Below, piece after piece: positions 43,495 through 61,292 of a DNA stretch of 64,000 bases. The stretch lies in assembly GCF_009914755.1 (NCBI RefSeq), contig NC_060947.1, one strand, 5' to 3'. Source of the DNA: the human T2T-CHM13v2.0 reference genome, Homo sapiens. The notes below the pieces were generated by a model. That model saw nothing but the letters and a program-made list of their open reading frames with translations, was not told the origin of the DNA and ran no database searches. The stretch's first letter is position 1; every line of letters starts with the position of its first letter. The position numbers and the translations under genes are program-made.

Positions 43495-43612
43495 TTCTCA
43501 ATGTTTTTGTAAAATGAAAATAATAACATGTATCTCATAAAGGCGTTTTGAAGGTTAAATATAAAGTACCTACAATAGTACCTAATACACAATGTACGAC
43601 CATTATTAATGT
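43495..43612 (+). mobile_element. MIR fragment
   Basis: tgtaaaatgaaaataataac...aaagtacctacaatagtacctaatacaca. Confidence 0.65.
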
Positions 43613-44487
43613 TACTGGGAGAGGAGATGATTAACAGCTTATTGCAACCAGGCAAGATACAAATGATTCCATATTCAGACAAACACATCTATAATTATTA
43701 AATAAAGCTTCTGGTCTAGAGTAGAGTTTATATGCTGGAAATCTTCTCAGGGGCATTATTACAATGAGGATCTGAAGAATGCATTCCAGAAAATTCTAAA
43801 AATGTCTAAACCACTTCAACTCTTTGCAGTTCTCCCAACCCCAAAGATCAAGGCAAACCAACTCCTGGCAACCCAGTGTTCGTATTGTGCTTTCTGCAGG
43901 GTGTAACTGAAGAGAAGTAAAAAATGTCAGTGTGTGTTGAAAGATTACCTGGGGCTCACCAAGTTGCTTAGTATTCTCTCACCTATATTATCGCTTTCAG
44001 GAATGTTCTTAGATAAAGATGTAACCAAATTTTTTCCTATCTTTGTTGTCTATCTTCAACCTACTCCTAAATGTTCCCTCCCTCATCCCTTCAGCTGAAA
44101 GATGCACTACTAATTTGGGTGGTTGCTAATTAAGATCTTAAACTGTGATCCCCTCTCCTGGAGTATGTGAGTTTTCACAGTGTACAAAAAAAGATACATA
44201 CACACACACATACGCATACACACGCCACTCAAAACTTTTAACATGTAACAGAATGACATTATAATGATGAAATGCATATAATATTGTATATAAGCATATA
44301 TAAGTAAATGTAATTCTACAAATATATCTGTTTGCACTGCTGTTATATAAATGTGTCTGACTTTGAACAGAAATAAAATAATTTCTAATTTGAATGCTAT
44401 CTGGAAGAATCTCCCACTGAATAATTGAGAGAAGTCACTTAATCTACAGTTACTTCAATGTTTCACTGTCAAATGAATCCCCCCTCT

Positions 44488-44652
44488 TTAGGTGGATGCA
44501 AAAGTAATTGTGGTTTTTGCCATTAAAACCACGTACATTGTGTATCAGGTACTATTACAGGCACTTTAATATTTAACCTTCAAAACACCTTTATGAGATA
44601 GTTGTTATTAAAAGTAATGACAGGAACTGCGGTCACTTTTGCACCAACTTAA
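44488..44652. mobile_element. MADE1 (Hsmar1-derived MITE) with ~80-bp central insert
   Basis: Arms ttaggtggatgcaaaagtaattgtggtttttgccatta and aaaagtaatgacaggaactgcggtcacttttgcaccaacttaa. Confidence 0.85.
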
Positions 44653-45147
44653 TACGTGTTCCTAAGAAGCTGCTGGGGTTCAAATTGCACACTTGCTGGC
44701 ACACTGGAATTTTGCTGTCAAAATATTTTATGCCTTCATGTGTGGATTACGTATGATCCAAATAAGAATGTCTACATGAGAATGCCACTCCCAAAGCAGC
44801 CCACACCTGAGGTCTGCTATAGCATTTGTCCCTTTTCATTTGTTCTTCATGATGCACTGACATTTGTCATTCTTATTCAACCTCAATGACTCTCTAGGCT
44901 GATTTAGAATTAATAATACAAACTGTTTCTAGGACTGCTGTAACACAGCTGTTTATTTTATCATTTTATAGAATTAGAGCCCTAAATATTTTTGCTTAAA
45001 AATAAAATGAGTGTTAATTTTGGAAATATACAATTAATTCTGCCTTAACGTCCCTCAGGGTGTGTTTGTGAGTGCACATGCCCACACTTACATGCACACA
45101 TGTTGTGTGTGTGTACTTCTAAATAGATAGAAACAGGCTTCCACACG

Positions 45148-46369
45148 TAGTCATGCATCATTTGACAATAGGTATATGTTTTGAGAAATGTGTTAGGCTA
45201 TTTCATTGCCCTGCAAACATCATAGAGTGTTACTTCCACAAAGCTAGATGGTATAGCTTAATACATACCTAGGCTAATATGGTATAGCTTATTGCTCCTA
45301 GGCTACACACCTGTATAACCTAAATAGCATGTTACTGTACTGAATATTGGAGGCAATTTTAACACAGTGGTATGTATTTGTGTATCTAAATATAAACAAA
45401 CAAAAAGTACAGTAAATATATGGTATAGAAGATTTAAAATGGCGCACCTGTCTAGGGCACTTACCATGAATGGAGCTTGCAGGACTGGAAGTTGCTCTGG
45501 GTGAGCCAGTGAGTGAGCGGTGAATGAATGTGAAGGTGTAGGGCAATACTGTTCGCTAGTGTAGACTTTATAAACACTATACACTTGGGCTACACTACAT
45601 TTACGTTAACAACTTTCTTTCTTTATTAATAAATTATCACTTGCTTACTGCAACTTTTTAACTTTATAAATTTCTTAAACTTTCTGACTCTTTCGCAATA
45701 GCATTTACCTTAAAACACAAACACATTGTACAACTGCACAGAAATATTTTATTTGTTTATATCTTTATTCCATAAGCTTTTTTCTATTTTTAGTTTTGTA
45801 ACTTTTTAAATTTTTTGTTAAATGTTAATACACAGACACACACATGAACCTAGGCCTGCACAATATCAAGATCATAAATAACCAATATCACTGTCCCCCA
45901 CCTCCACATCTCATTCCACTAGAAGGTCTTTAGGGGTAATAACACACGTGGAGCTGTCATCTACTATGATAACAATGCCTTTTTCTGGAATATCTCCTGC
46001 ACACCATGCCTGAGGCTGCTTTACAGTTAACGTTTCATAATAAATAGAAAAAGTATACTCTAAAATAACAATACAATGTGTAGTATAATAAATACAAAAC
46101 TAGTAACAGTTGTTTATCATTATCAAGTATTACAACTGTACATAATTGTATGTTCTATATTGTACTTTTATAATGACTGTCAGTGCAGTAGGATTTTTTT
46201 ATGCCAGCATCACTACAAACACATGAGTAATGTGCTACACTGTGACATTACAATAGCTACCATGTCACTAGGTGACAAAAATTTTTCAGCTCCATTATAA
46301 CCTTCTGAGACCACTGTTGTAATATGTGGTCCATCACTGACTGAAACATCGTTATGCAGAACATGACTG
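45148..46369 (+). mobile_element. Tigger3b (MER7B/Golem-derived) DNA transposon
   Basis: Terminal inverted repeats tagtcatgcatcatt / cgttatgcagaacatgactg followed by TA; ~1.2 kb; attgctcctaggctaca motif. Confidence 0.88.
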
Positions 46370-46392
46370 TAATTATGAAACGTTAAATTTAT

Positions 46393-46517
46393 TGTATTAG
46401 TTTTCTAGAGTAATCATAATGAAGTGCCACAAACTGGATGACTTAAACAACAGAAATTTATTGCCTCATGGTTTTCTGTCTCACAGGCCAGAAGTCTGAA
46501 TACTAAGTGTCTGCAGG
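46393..46517 (-). mobile_element. MLT1 (MaLR) LTR end fragment
   Basis: tgtattagttttcta...ccacaaactggatgacttaaacaacagaaatttatt. Confidence 0.8.
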
Positions 46518-48007
46518 TTATTTTGAATTTAGGATCATTTTTTTTTAGTTATTTCTGTTTGCTTTTAAAAGTTTACATATTTTCCTTTTAGCAGTCTGCA
46601 TTACAGCAGACTTCACTAACAGTTTTCCTTTAGGTTTTTAAAATAAAGTACAGGAAATGTCAGCACAAGTTAGTGTCATTTATTTTGAAAACTCAAGCCT
46701 CGATGTTTTTTTTTTTTTTTTTCCTTAGCTGTGCAGAGACCCCCTTAGGATTAGCTTTCAACAGAGCTTCCATTCCAGGCCCGGAAGAAACCTTTGATAT
46801 TAATGTCAGCCCACTGGAAAAAGCTATCAGCATTCCACTAAAAGTTACAATGCTGAGTAATTCAGGAGAATAACTGGTCAAATCTGGTTGCCAATAGACT
46901 ACTAAGTCTTCCTTAGTGACAGCTTTGGAGAAGTGCTGGGATAATGTGGTTGCCTCTATTTTTAGGTACCAGTCAGTCACTGGAAAAGGACATCTGTGCA
47001 TGACTTCTATTTTATCCAACAGCCAGATGTCAGCCAGAAGAACAGATGGCCCACCTGGTTGCAGGAGATAAAAGTCAGTGTCAGGTCTGCCCCTGGAAGG
47101 GTCCTTCAGTAGCAAATTAGTCTAACGTTAGGGAAGAATCAAAGTAAATTGGATCAACTAACTCTCCTTTCTTCACGGTAAAATTCCGAAGGACTCAGGT
47201 TTCCTGCGTCAGGTTTCCACAGGCAGGCCTTCCTATCACTCTTCCTTTTATAATCAGGAGGACCACCAGGGTTTCTGGGAGAGAAGTTGTCCCTTCATAT
47301 TTTTATGGCAAACTTGGAGCTTGTGACTGACGCTGCTCAAAGGCAAGGGACTTGCTTTGCTGAAAGCTTTACCTTCCCCAACACACTCCTTATGACACAG
47401 ACAAATAGAGGGCCAATGACCCAAGGCTCCAGTGGGCCTAGCAAAACAAACTGACCAGCATTTCCAGACTAGGCCCCAGCTATATTCACATACTCACCTA
47501 ACTTGGCTCTTTCTGCACAAACTGAGCTTCCCAACTCAACTGGTTTTCTGCCTAATACCCACTTATATGCTTACCTGATGTCATCCATCAAGAGCGCCCT
47601 TCTCAAGAATCAATGTGAGAAAACAGTTGAAAAATTCATCAACTTGAGTAAAAAATACTGCTATATAAATTATCTACACTTATAACTTTATGTTATCCTA
47701 ACTTACAGATCTATCATTCTTCTTAGGAGGACACAAGAAAATTTTCTCACTCCCAATGAGTAGTATGCTTTCTCTTATTGGATTATGACTTTAATACACT
47801 TTATTACTTCCTTTTTTGTCTTGGTTGCCAGAAATCTCAGAACTATATTTGATTCTCAATTGCCAAACTCCCATTTCTTTTTTATGATTTGCAGGTTTTT
47901 AATTTTCATTTTAAATAATTAGTATCCATCATTAATGTAAATCCTTTCAAATCTGTGAAATAAAAAAGTAGATAAGGATATACAAATATTTAAGAAAGAG
48001 GCAATGA

Positions 48008-48308
<301 letters not shown>

Positions 48309-48377
48309 GTGAAGTCTTTCTAGAGTATAGACTAATAACAGCTCGTAACTTGTGCTGACACTATCTCTTCCCCATGC

Positions 48378-50225
48378 ATTTTTAAAATTAAGATATGATT
48401 GACATAGCATAAAACCAACTCCTTTAAAGTGTACAACTTACAAATCTGTGCCACAATCACCACTATCTAAATCCGGAACATTTTCATCACTCTTGTACCC
48501 ATTAGCATTACTCCCAATTTCCCTTTTCCAATCCACTGGCAGCCACTAATATTTCTGTGTCAATGAATTTGCCTGTTCTGGACATTTTATATAAATGGAA
48601 TCATAAAATATGTGGCCGTTTGTGTCTGACTTCTTAACGTGATGTTTTCAAGTTTTATCTATGTTGTAACATGCATCAATACTTCATTTGTTATGGCTGA
48701 ATAATATTCCATTGTATGAATATATCACAATTTATTTATCCATTTCATCTGTTGATGTACATCTGGGTTGTTTCATTGTTAGCTAATAGAAATAATTATG
48801 CTACAAGCATTCATGAACAAGTTTTTGTGTGGATGTATGTTTTCAATTCTTCCACGCATATTCGTAAAAGTAAAATTACTGAGTAATTTGGTAACTATGT
48901 TTAACTATTTGAGGAACCACTAAACTGTTTTACACAGTGACTATATCACTTTATATTCCACCAATGTATGAGGGTTCCTATCTCTCTGTATCCTTTCTGA
49001 CATTCGTTAATTTCTATGGTATTTCTGTTGTTGTTATAGACATTCTAGTGGGTTTGAAGTAGTTTTATTGCAGTTTTAATTTATATTTCTCTAATGACTA
49101 CTGATGTTGAGCATTTTTACATGTGCCTATTGACCATTTGTACATTTTATTTGAAAAAATGTTTATTCTGACCCTTCATTTTTAAGTTATATGATTTGTC
49201 TTTTTATTGTTTAGCTTGTTACATATTCTGTATACTAGACCCTTATCAGATATGTGATTTGCAAATATTTTCTTCCACACTGAGGTTTGTCTTTTCACTT
49301 TCATCCTAAGGTCTATTTAATAAACACATATTTAAAGTTTACACAGTCCTATTTATCATCTTCTTTTGTTGCTTGAACTGTTGCTGTCATATCTAAGAAA
49401 CCATGGCATAATCCAATGCCACAAATAATTTGCCATTTTTATCCGAAGAATTTTATAGTTTTAGCTCTTACCTTTTGGTCTGTACTCAATTTTGAGCTAA
49501 TTTTTAAAATATGATATGTGGTAAGAGTTTAATTTTTTTTGCATATGTATACTAGTTATCATAGAGCTATTTGTTGAATAAACTATTCTTCCTCCATTAA
49601 ATTATCGTGATACACTTGTTGAAAATTAAGTGACTGTAAATGTGACAACTTACTTCTGGACTTTGATCTATGTTTTTCCATTCATCTATGTTTTTCCTTA
49701 TGCCAACACCACACTGTCTTGACTACTGTTATTTGTACTAAGTTTTAAAATCTGGAAATGTGAGTCCTCCAAATTTGTTCTTATTACTCAGAATTGTTTT
49801 GGCTTTTCTGGGTCCCTTGAACTTACATACGAATTTTAGAATCAGTTCGTAAATTTCTATGAAAACGGTGAGCTGGAATTTGTTTAAGAATTGCCTTGAT
49901 TTTGTAGATCATATAGTTGAGAATTATTTTAAATAGTAATTAGTCTTTCAACTCATAAACACAGGATGTTTTCCCACTTAGGTTTTCTTTAATTTGTTTC
50001 AAAGATATTTTGGAGTTTCCTTGTGCACATCTCACATTTCTTTTGATAAGTTTATTCTAAGTATTTTATTATTTCTGATACTATTGAAAATGAAATTGTT
50101 CTCTTAATTTCATTTTCAAATTGTTTATTCCAAGTGTACAGAAATGCGATTGTTTTTTCATATTTCTCTTGTATCCTGCAAACTTACTATAATACTTTAT
50201 TAGCTCTAATAGATTTGTGTGTGTG

Positions 50226-50264
<39 letters not shown>

Positions 50265-51690
50265 TATTCCTTAGGAATTTCTATGTATAAAACCATGTTA
50301 TCTGCAAATAAAGGTGGTTTTACTTCTTAAATTTCAATCTAGATGTCTTTTATTTCTTTTGCTTGCCTAATTTCCCTGGCTAGAGTCTTCAATACAATGT
50401 TGAATAAAATTGACAAGAGGGAACATACTTGCCTTTTCCCAATCTTGGGAGGAAGCTTTAAGCCTTTCACATTAAATATTATATTCGCTGTAGCTTTTTC
50501 AGAGATGCCCTTTATAAGGTTGAGGTAGTTCCTTTTATTACTAATGTGTTGAGTGCTTATCAAAAATGATATTTTTTTTCAAATAATTTTATGTCTCTAT
50601 TGAGATAATTATGAGGCTTTTGTCTGTTTTTCAATTAATGTTGTGTATTACATTGTTGATTTTCATATGTTTAATCAACCTTGAATCTCTGTGTAAATCC
50701 TGCTTGATTATGTTGTGTGGTATTCCTTATACATTGTTTGATTTTTCTGTTAGCATTTTGTTGAAGATTTTTGCATCTATGTTCATAAGAGATATTCATC
50801 TTAATTTTCTTTTCTTATGATGTCTTTGTCTGATTTTGATACCAGGGTAAAATTATTCTTATAAAATGAGTTGGGAAATATGGCTTCCTCTTCAATTTTT
50901 TTTTTTGGTAAAGTTTGGTAAGGATGGTTACTAATTATTTAAATTTTTAGAATTCACCAGTGAGCCATATACACCTATACTCTACTTCATTTTTAATTAC
51001 TAATTGAATGCCTTCATTTGTTATAGATAAATTCAGATTTTTATTTCCTTTTTAGCCAGTAGCTGTAGTTTGTGTCTTCCTGGAAATTATTCAATTGAAT
51101 CTTGTTTATCTAACTTGTTGAAATGTAATTGTTATAGTATTTCATTATGATCGTTTTTATTTCTGTAGTTGGTAGCAATGTTCTCTATTTTATTTCTGAT
51201 TTAGAAAAATTTAGTCTTCTGTCTTTTTTTATTGGTTAGTTCATTAAACTTTTGTTAATTTTATTGATCTGAGCAAATAACCAACTTTTGGGTTCACTAA
51301 TTTTATCCATCTTTTTATGATCTATTCCACTTACTACCACCCTAATACTATTTTCTCTCTTCTGCTAGCATTGGTTTTAGCTTGCTTTATGTTTTAATTC
51401 CTGAAGGTATAAAGTTAGAATTTTTATTTGTGATCCTTCCTTTTCTTAATGTAGGCATTTAAAGCTATAAATTTTCTGAAAACTGTTTTAAAAGTATCTC
51501 ATAAGTCTTGACTTGTGTTTTCATTTTTATTTATCTCAGAGTATTTTCTAATTTCTTTTGAGTTTTTTCTTAGTTCTGTTGGTTATTTAGAAGCGTGTCA
51601 TTTAACGTCTGCATATTTTTAATTACCAGTTTTTCTTCTAATATTGATTTCAAATTTCATTTCATTGTCCTTGAAGAACACTGTTTGTTT
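48378..51690 (-). mobile_element. Old L1M (L1MB-like) 3'UTR and ORF2
   Basis: tttaaagtgtacaa...ggacattttatataaatggaatcata; RT remnants 50280-50560. Confidence 0.85.
50216..50262. repeat. (TG)n microsatellite
   Basis: ~20 TG units with one gggg interruption. Confidence 0.95.
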
Positions 51691-51806
51691 CTTTTTCAAC
51701 TTTTATATTAGAATCGGGGGTATATGAGCAGGTTTGTTACAAAGGTATATTGAGTAATGCTGTAGTTTGGGGTATGACTGAACCTGTCACCCAGTAATGA
51801 TCATGG

Positions 51807-52930
<1,124 letters not shown>

Positions 52931-55117
52931 ATAGTAACCAATAGGTAGTTTTTAAGCCCTTGACCCCCTCCTTCTCTCACCTCTCTAGTAGTGCCAGTGT
53001 CTGTGGTTCTCATTTTTATGTTCATATGTACCCAATATTGAGCACCCACTTATAAGTGAGAATATAAATTATTTGGTTAATTTGCTTAGAATAATAGCTG
53101 AATCCATGTTGCTGCAAAGGACATGGTTTCATTCTTTCGTATGGCTGCATAGTATTCCATGGTGCATATGTACCACATTTTCTTTAATCCACCATTGATG
53201 GGCATTTAGGTTGACTCCATGTCTTGGTTATAGTAAATAGTGCTGCAGTAAACATACTAGTGCATGTAGCTTATTTGTTTTTTTAGAATGATTGACTTTT
53301 TGGGGAAGGTATTTGTACCATAATGGAATTGCTTAATGGAATGGTAGTTCTGTTTTAAATTATTTGAGAAATCTCAAAACTGCTTTCCATAGTGGCTGAA
53401 TTAATTTACACCCTCATTAACAGTGTATAATGGAAATTTTCTCTATAGCCTTGCCAACATCTGTTACTTTTTAACTTGTTAATAATAGCCATTCTGACTG
53501 GTGTAAGGTGCTTTTTATTTACATCCCTCTGATAACTAGTGATGATGAGCATTTTTTGAAATATTTGTGAGCTGTTCATAAGTCTTCATTTGGGGAGTGC
53601 CTGTTCATGTCCTTTGTCCACTTTTAATGGTTTTATTTAGTTTTGCTTAAGATCCTTATAGATTCTGGATGTTAGGTCTTTGTCAGATGCATAGTTTGCA
53701 AATATTTTCTCCCATTCTGTAGGTTGTCTGTTTCATCTGTTGATAGTTTCTTTCACTGTGCAGTAGCTGTTTATTTTAATTAGGTCTGGCTTGTCAATTT
53801 TTGTCAAAGATCAGTTGGTTGTAGGTATGCGGCTTTGTTGCTAGGTTCTCTATTCTGTTCCATTGATCTATGTTGTCTGTTTTGGTGCTAGTACCATGCT
53901 GTTTTAATTACTGTAGTACTGTAGTATAATTTAACATCAAGTAATGTAATGCCTCCAAATACATTCTCTAGTAGTAGCCTTTTAGTTTAATCAGGTCTCA
54001 CTCGTCAATTTTTGTTTTTATTGCAATTGCTTTTTGGGGACTTAGCCATAAACTCTTTGGCAAAGTCCATATAAAAATGGGTATTTCCTAGGTTTTCTTC
54101 TAGGATTTGTGTAGTTCGACGTCTTACATTTAAGTCTTTCATCCATTTTGAGTTAGTTTTTGTATATGGTAGTAGGTACGGGTCCAGTTTCATTCTCGTG
54201 CATAAGGATAGCCAGTTATCTCAGTACTATTTTTTGAAAAAGAAATTTTTTTCTCAATGTATATTTTTGTCAACTTTGTCAAAGATCAATTGGTTTTAGG
54301 TATGTGGCTTTATTGTTGGGTTCTCTGTTCTGTTCCATTAGTCTATGTGTCTGTTTTTGTACCAGTACCATGCTGTTTTAATTACCATAGTCTCCTAGTA
54401 TAATTTGACATTAGGTAATGTGATGCTTCTGAACATGTTCTTTTTGCTCAAGATTAATTTGGCTTTTAGGGCTTTTTATGGTTCCATATTAAGTTTAGGA
54501 ATTTTTTTTCTAATTCAGTGGAAAATGACTGGTAATTTAATAGAAATTACATTGAATCTGTAGAATGCTGTAAGCAGTACAGTCATTTTAATGATATTAA
54601 TTCTTCCAATCCGTGAACATGGGATATTTTTTCATTTGTTTGGGTCATGTATAATATTACTTCTATCATCAGTGTTTTGTAGTTGACCTTGGAGAGATCT
54701 TTAATTCTTTTGTTAGATTGTTAGATGTATTATTAACTTTTTTTTCATGTGGCTATTGTAAATGGGATTGAGTTATTGATTTTGTTTTATATTGAATATT
54801 ATTGGGGTATAGAAAAGTTACTGCTTTTTGTATGGTGATTTTGTATCCTGAAAGTTTACTGAAGTAATATATCAAATCTAGGATCCTTTGGAGTTGTCTT
54901 TAGGATTATCTAGTTATACCAGGTCATGAGCAAACAAAAATAACTTGACTTATTGTTTTTCAATTTAGATACCTTTTATTTCTTTCTCCTTGCTTAATTG
55001 CTCTGGCTAGGACTTCCAGTACTATATTGAATAGGAGTGATGAAAGTGGACATCCTTATCCAGTTTGGTTTCTGGGAAAATGCATTTAATTTTTCCTCGT
55101 TTATTATATTTGCTGTG

Positions 55118-55531
55118 GTATTGGGCCATTCTTGCATTGGTCTAAAGAAATATCTGAGGCTGAATAATTTATAAAGAAAAAAGTTTAATTGGCTCATTGT
55201 TCTGCAGGCTTATAGGAAGCATGATGCTGGCATCTGCTTGGATTCTGGGGAGGGCTCAGGAAGTTTACAATCATGTTGAAAGGTGAAAGGAGACCAGGCA
55301 TGTCAGTGGTCAGAGCAGAATTAAGGAAGAGAGAGTGGCGGGGGAGGGGTGAGTTGCCACACACTTTTAAATGACCAGATCTCACAAGAACTCACCTATC
55401 ATGTTGACAGCACCAAGCCATGAGGAATCCATCCCCATGATTTAAACATTTCCCACCACTCCCCACCTCCAGTATTGGGAATTAAAATTCAACCTGAGGT
55501 TTAGGCAGGTAAAAATATCCAAACTACATTA
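55118..55531 (-). mobile_element. MSTA-like MaLR solo LTR
   Basis: gtattgggccattcttgcatt...ggctcattgttctgcaggct...atccaaactacatta; 5-bp TSD ctgtg at 55113-55117 and 55532-55536. Confidence 0.9.
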
Positions 55532-57376
55532 CTGTGAGTTTGTTGTATATGGCTCGTATTGTTTTGAGATATGTTTCTTCAATGACTAGTTTGTTGTGGG
55601 ATTTTATAATGAAGTGATATTGAATATTATCACACAATTTTTTGCATCTAGATGATCATATTATTTCTTGTTTTAATTTTGTGTTTGTGGTCAATCATGC
55701 CTATTGATTTGCATATGTTGAACGATCTTTGTGTCCCTGGAATAAAACCCATTCAATTGTGATGAGTTATATATTTGACGTGCTGTTGGATTCAGTTTGC
55801 TAGTATTTTGTTGAGGGTTTATCATTAAAAATTCTGTCACGTAGATTTCTTTTTTGTTGTGTTCTTTTCTGGCTTTGGAATCAGGGTGATATTGGCTTCA
55901 TTGAATGATTTTTAGAAGATTCTCTCCTCCTCAATTTTTTGAAACCATTTCAGTGGGATTAATGTCAATTTTTCTTCATACGTCTGCTAGAATTCAGTTG
56001 TAAATACATGTGGTCCTGGGCTCTTTTTGTTGGGTAATATTTTATTACTGATTCAATCTCACTACTTGTTATTGGTCTGGTTGAAATTTCTATTTCTTCC
56101 TGGTTCAATTTTGGGTGGTTATATGTTTCCACGAATTTATCCATTCTTCTAGATTTTTCTAATTTGTGACTATAGAGCTATCCATAGTAGTCTGATAATG
56201 TTTTGTACTTTTGTGGTATGGATTGGAATATGCTTTTTTGATTTAAATTTTATTTATATCAAAATGACACACATATAAATTTATGAACTTTATTTTTTAA
56301 TTAAAAAAATTTGTTTCTTTCTTTTTTTATTTTACTTTAAGTTCTAGGGTACATGTGCACAACGTGCAGGTTTGTTACATATGTATACATGTGCCATGTT
56401 GGTGTGCTGCACCCATTAACTCGTCATTTACATTACGTATATCTCCTAATGCTATCCCTCCCCTGTCCCCTACCCCACAACAGACCCCAGAGTGTGATGT
56501 TCCCCTTCCTGTGTCCAAGTGTTCTCATTGTTCAGTTCCCACCTATGAGTGAGAACATGCAGTTTTTGTTTTTTCTCACTGTGATAGTTTGATGAAAATG
56601 ATGGTTTCCAGCTTCATCCATGTCTCTACAAAGGACATGAACTCATCCTTTTTTATGGCTGCATAGTATTCCATGGTGTATATATGCCACATTTTCTTAA
56701 TGCAGTCTATCATTGTTGGACATTTCGGTTGGTTCCAAGTCTTTGCTATTGTGAATAGTGCCACAATAAACATACGTATCCATGCGTCTTTATAGCAGCA
56801 TGATTTATAAAACTTTGGGTATATACCCAGTAATGGGATGGCTGGGTCAAATGGTATTTCTAGTTCTAGATCCTTGAGGAATTGCCACACTGACTTCCAC
56901 AATGGTTGGACTAGTTTACAGTTCCACCAACAGTGTAAAAGTGTTCCTATTTCTCCACATCCTCTCCAGCACCTGTTGTTTCCTGATCTTTTAATGATCT
57001 CCATTCTAACTGGTGTGAGATGGTATCTCATTGTGGTTTTGATTTGCATTTCTCTGATGGCCAGTGATGATGAGCATTTTTTTAATGTGTCTTTCGGCTG
57101 CATAAATGTCTTCTTTTTTTAAATTTTTCAATTATTTATTTATTTATTTTTATTATTTTTTTATTTTTATTGTTATATTTTAAGTTTTAGGGTACATGTA
57201 CACAATGTGCAGGTTAGTTACATATGTATACATGTGACATGCTGGTGTGCTGCACCCATTAACTTGTCATTTAGCATTAGGTATATCTCCTAATGCTATT
57301 CCTCCCCCGTCCCCCCACCCCACAACAGTCCCCAGAGTGTGATGTTCCCCTTCTTGTGTCCATGTGTTCTCATTGT

Positions 57377-61205
<3,829 letters not shown>

Positions 61206-61292
61206 TGTGATGTTAGCTGGTTATTTTGCTTGTTAGTTGATGCATTCCTGGATGACCTTGTTAACTTTCTGTCTCGTTAGCATTGATGGTCT

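Noticed and set aside
46693-47115. 140-aa ORF as a processed pseudogene ending in poly(A)
   Set aside because: No recognisable protein, non-ATG start, no TSD or poly(A) signal next to the T run.
47491-47580. Two consensus minus-strand splice donors (tag|gtgagt, cag|gtaagc)
   Set aside because: No convincing upstream acceptor or coding frame; such motifs are expected by chance.
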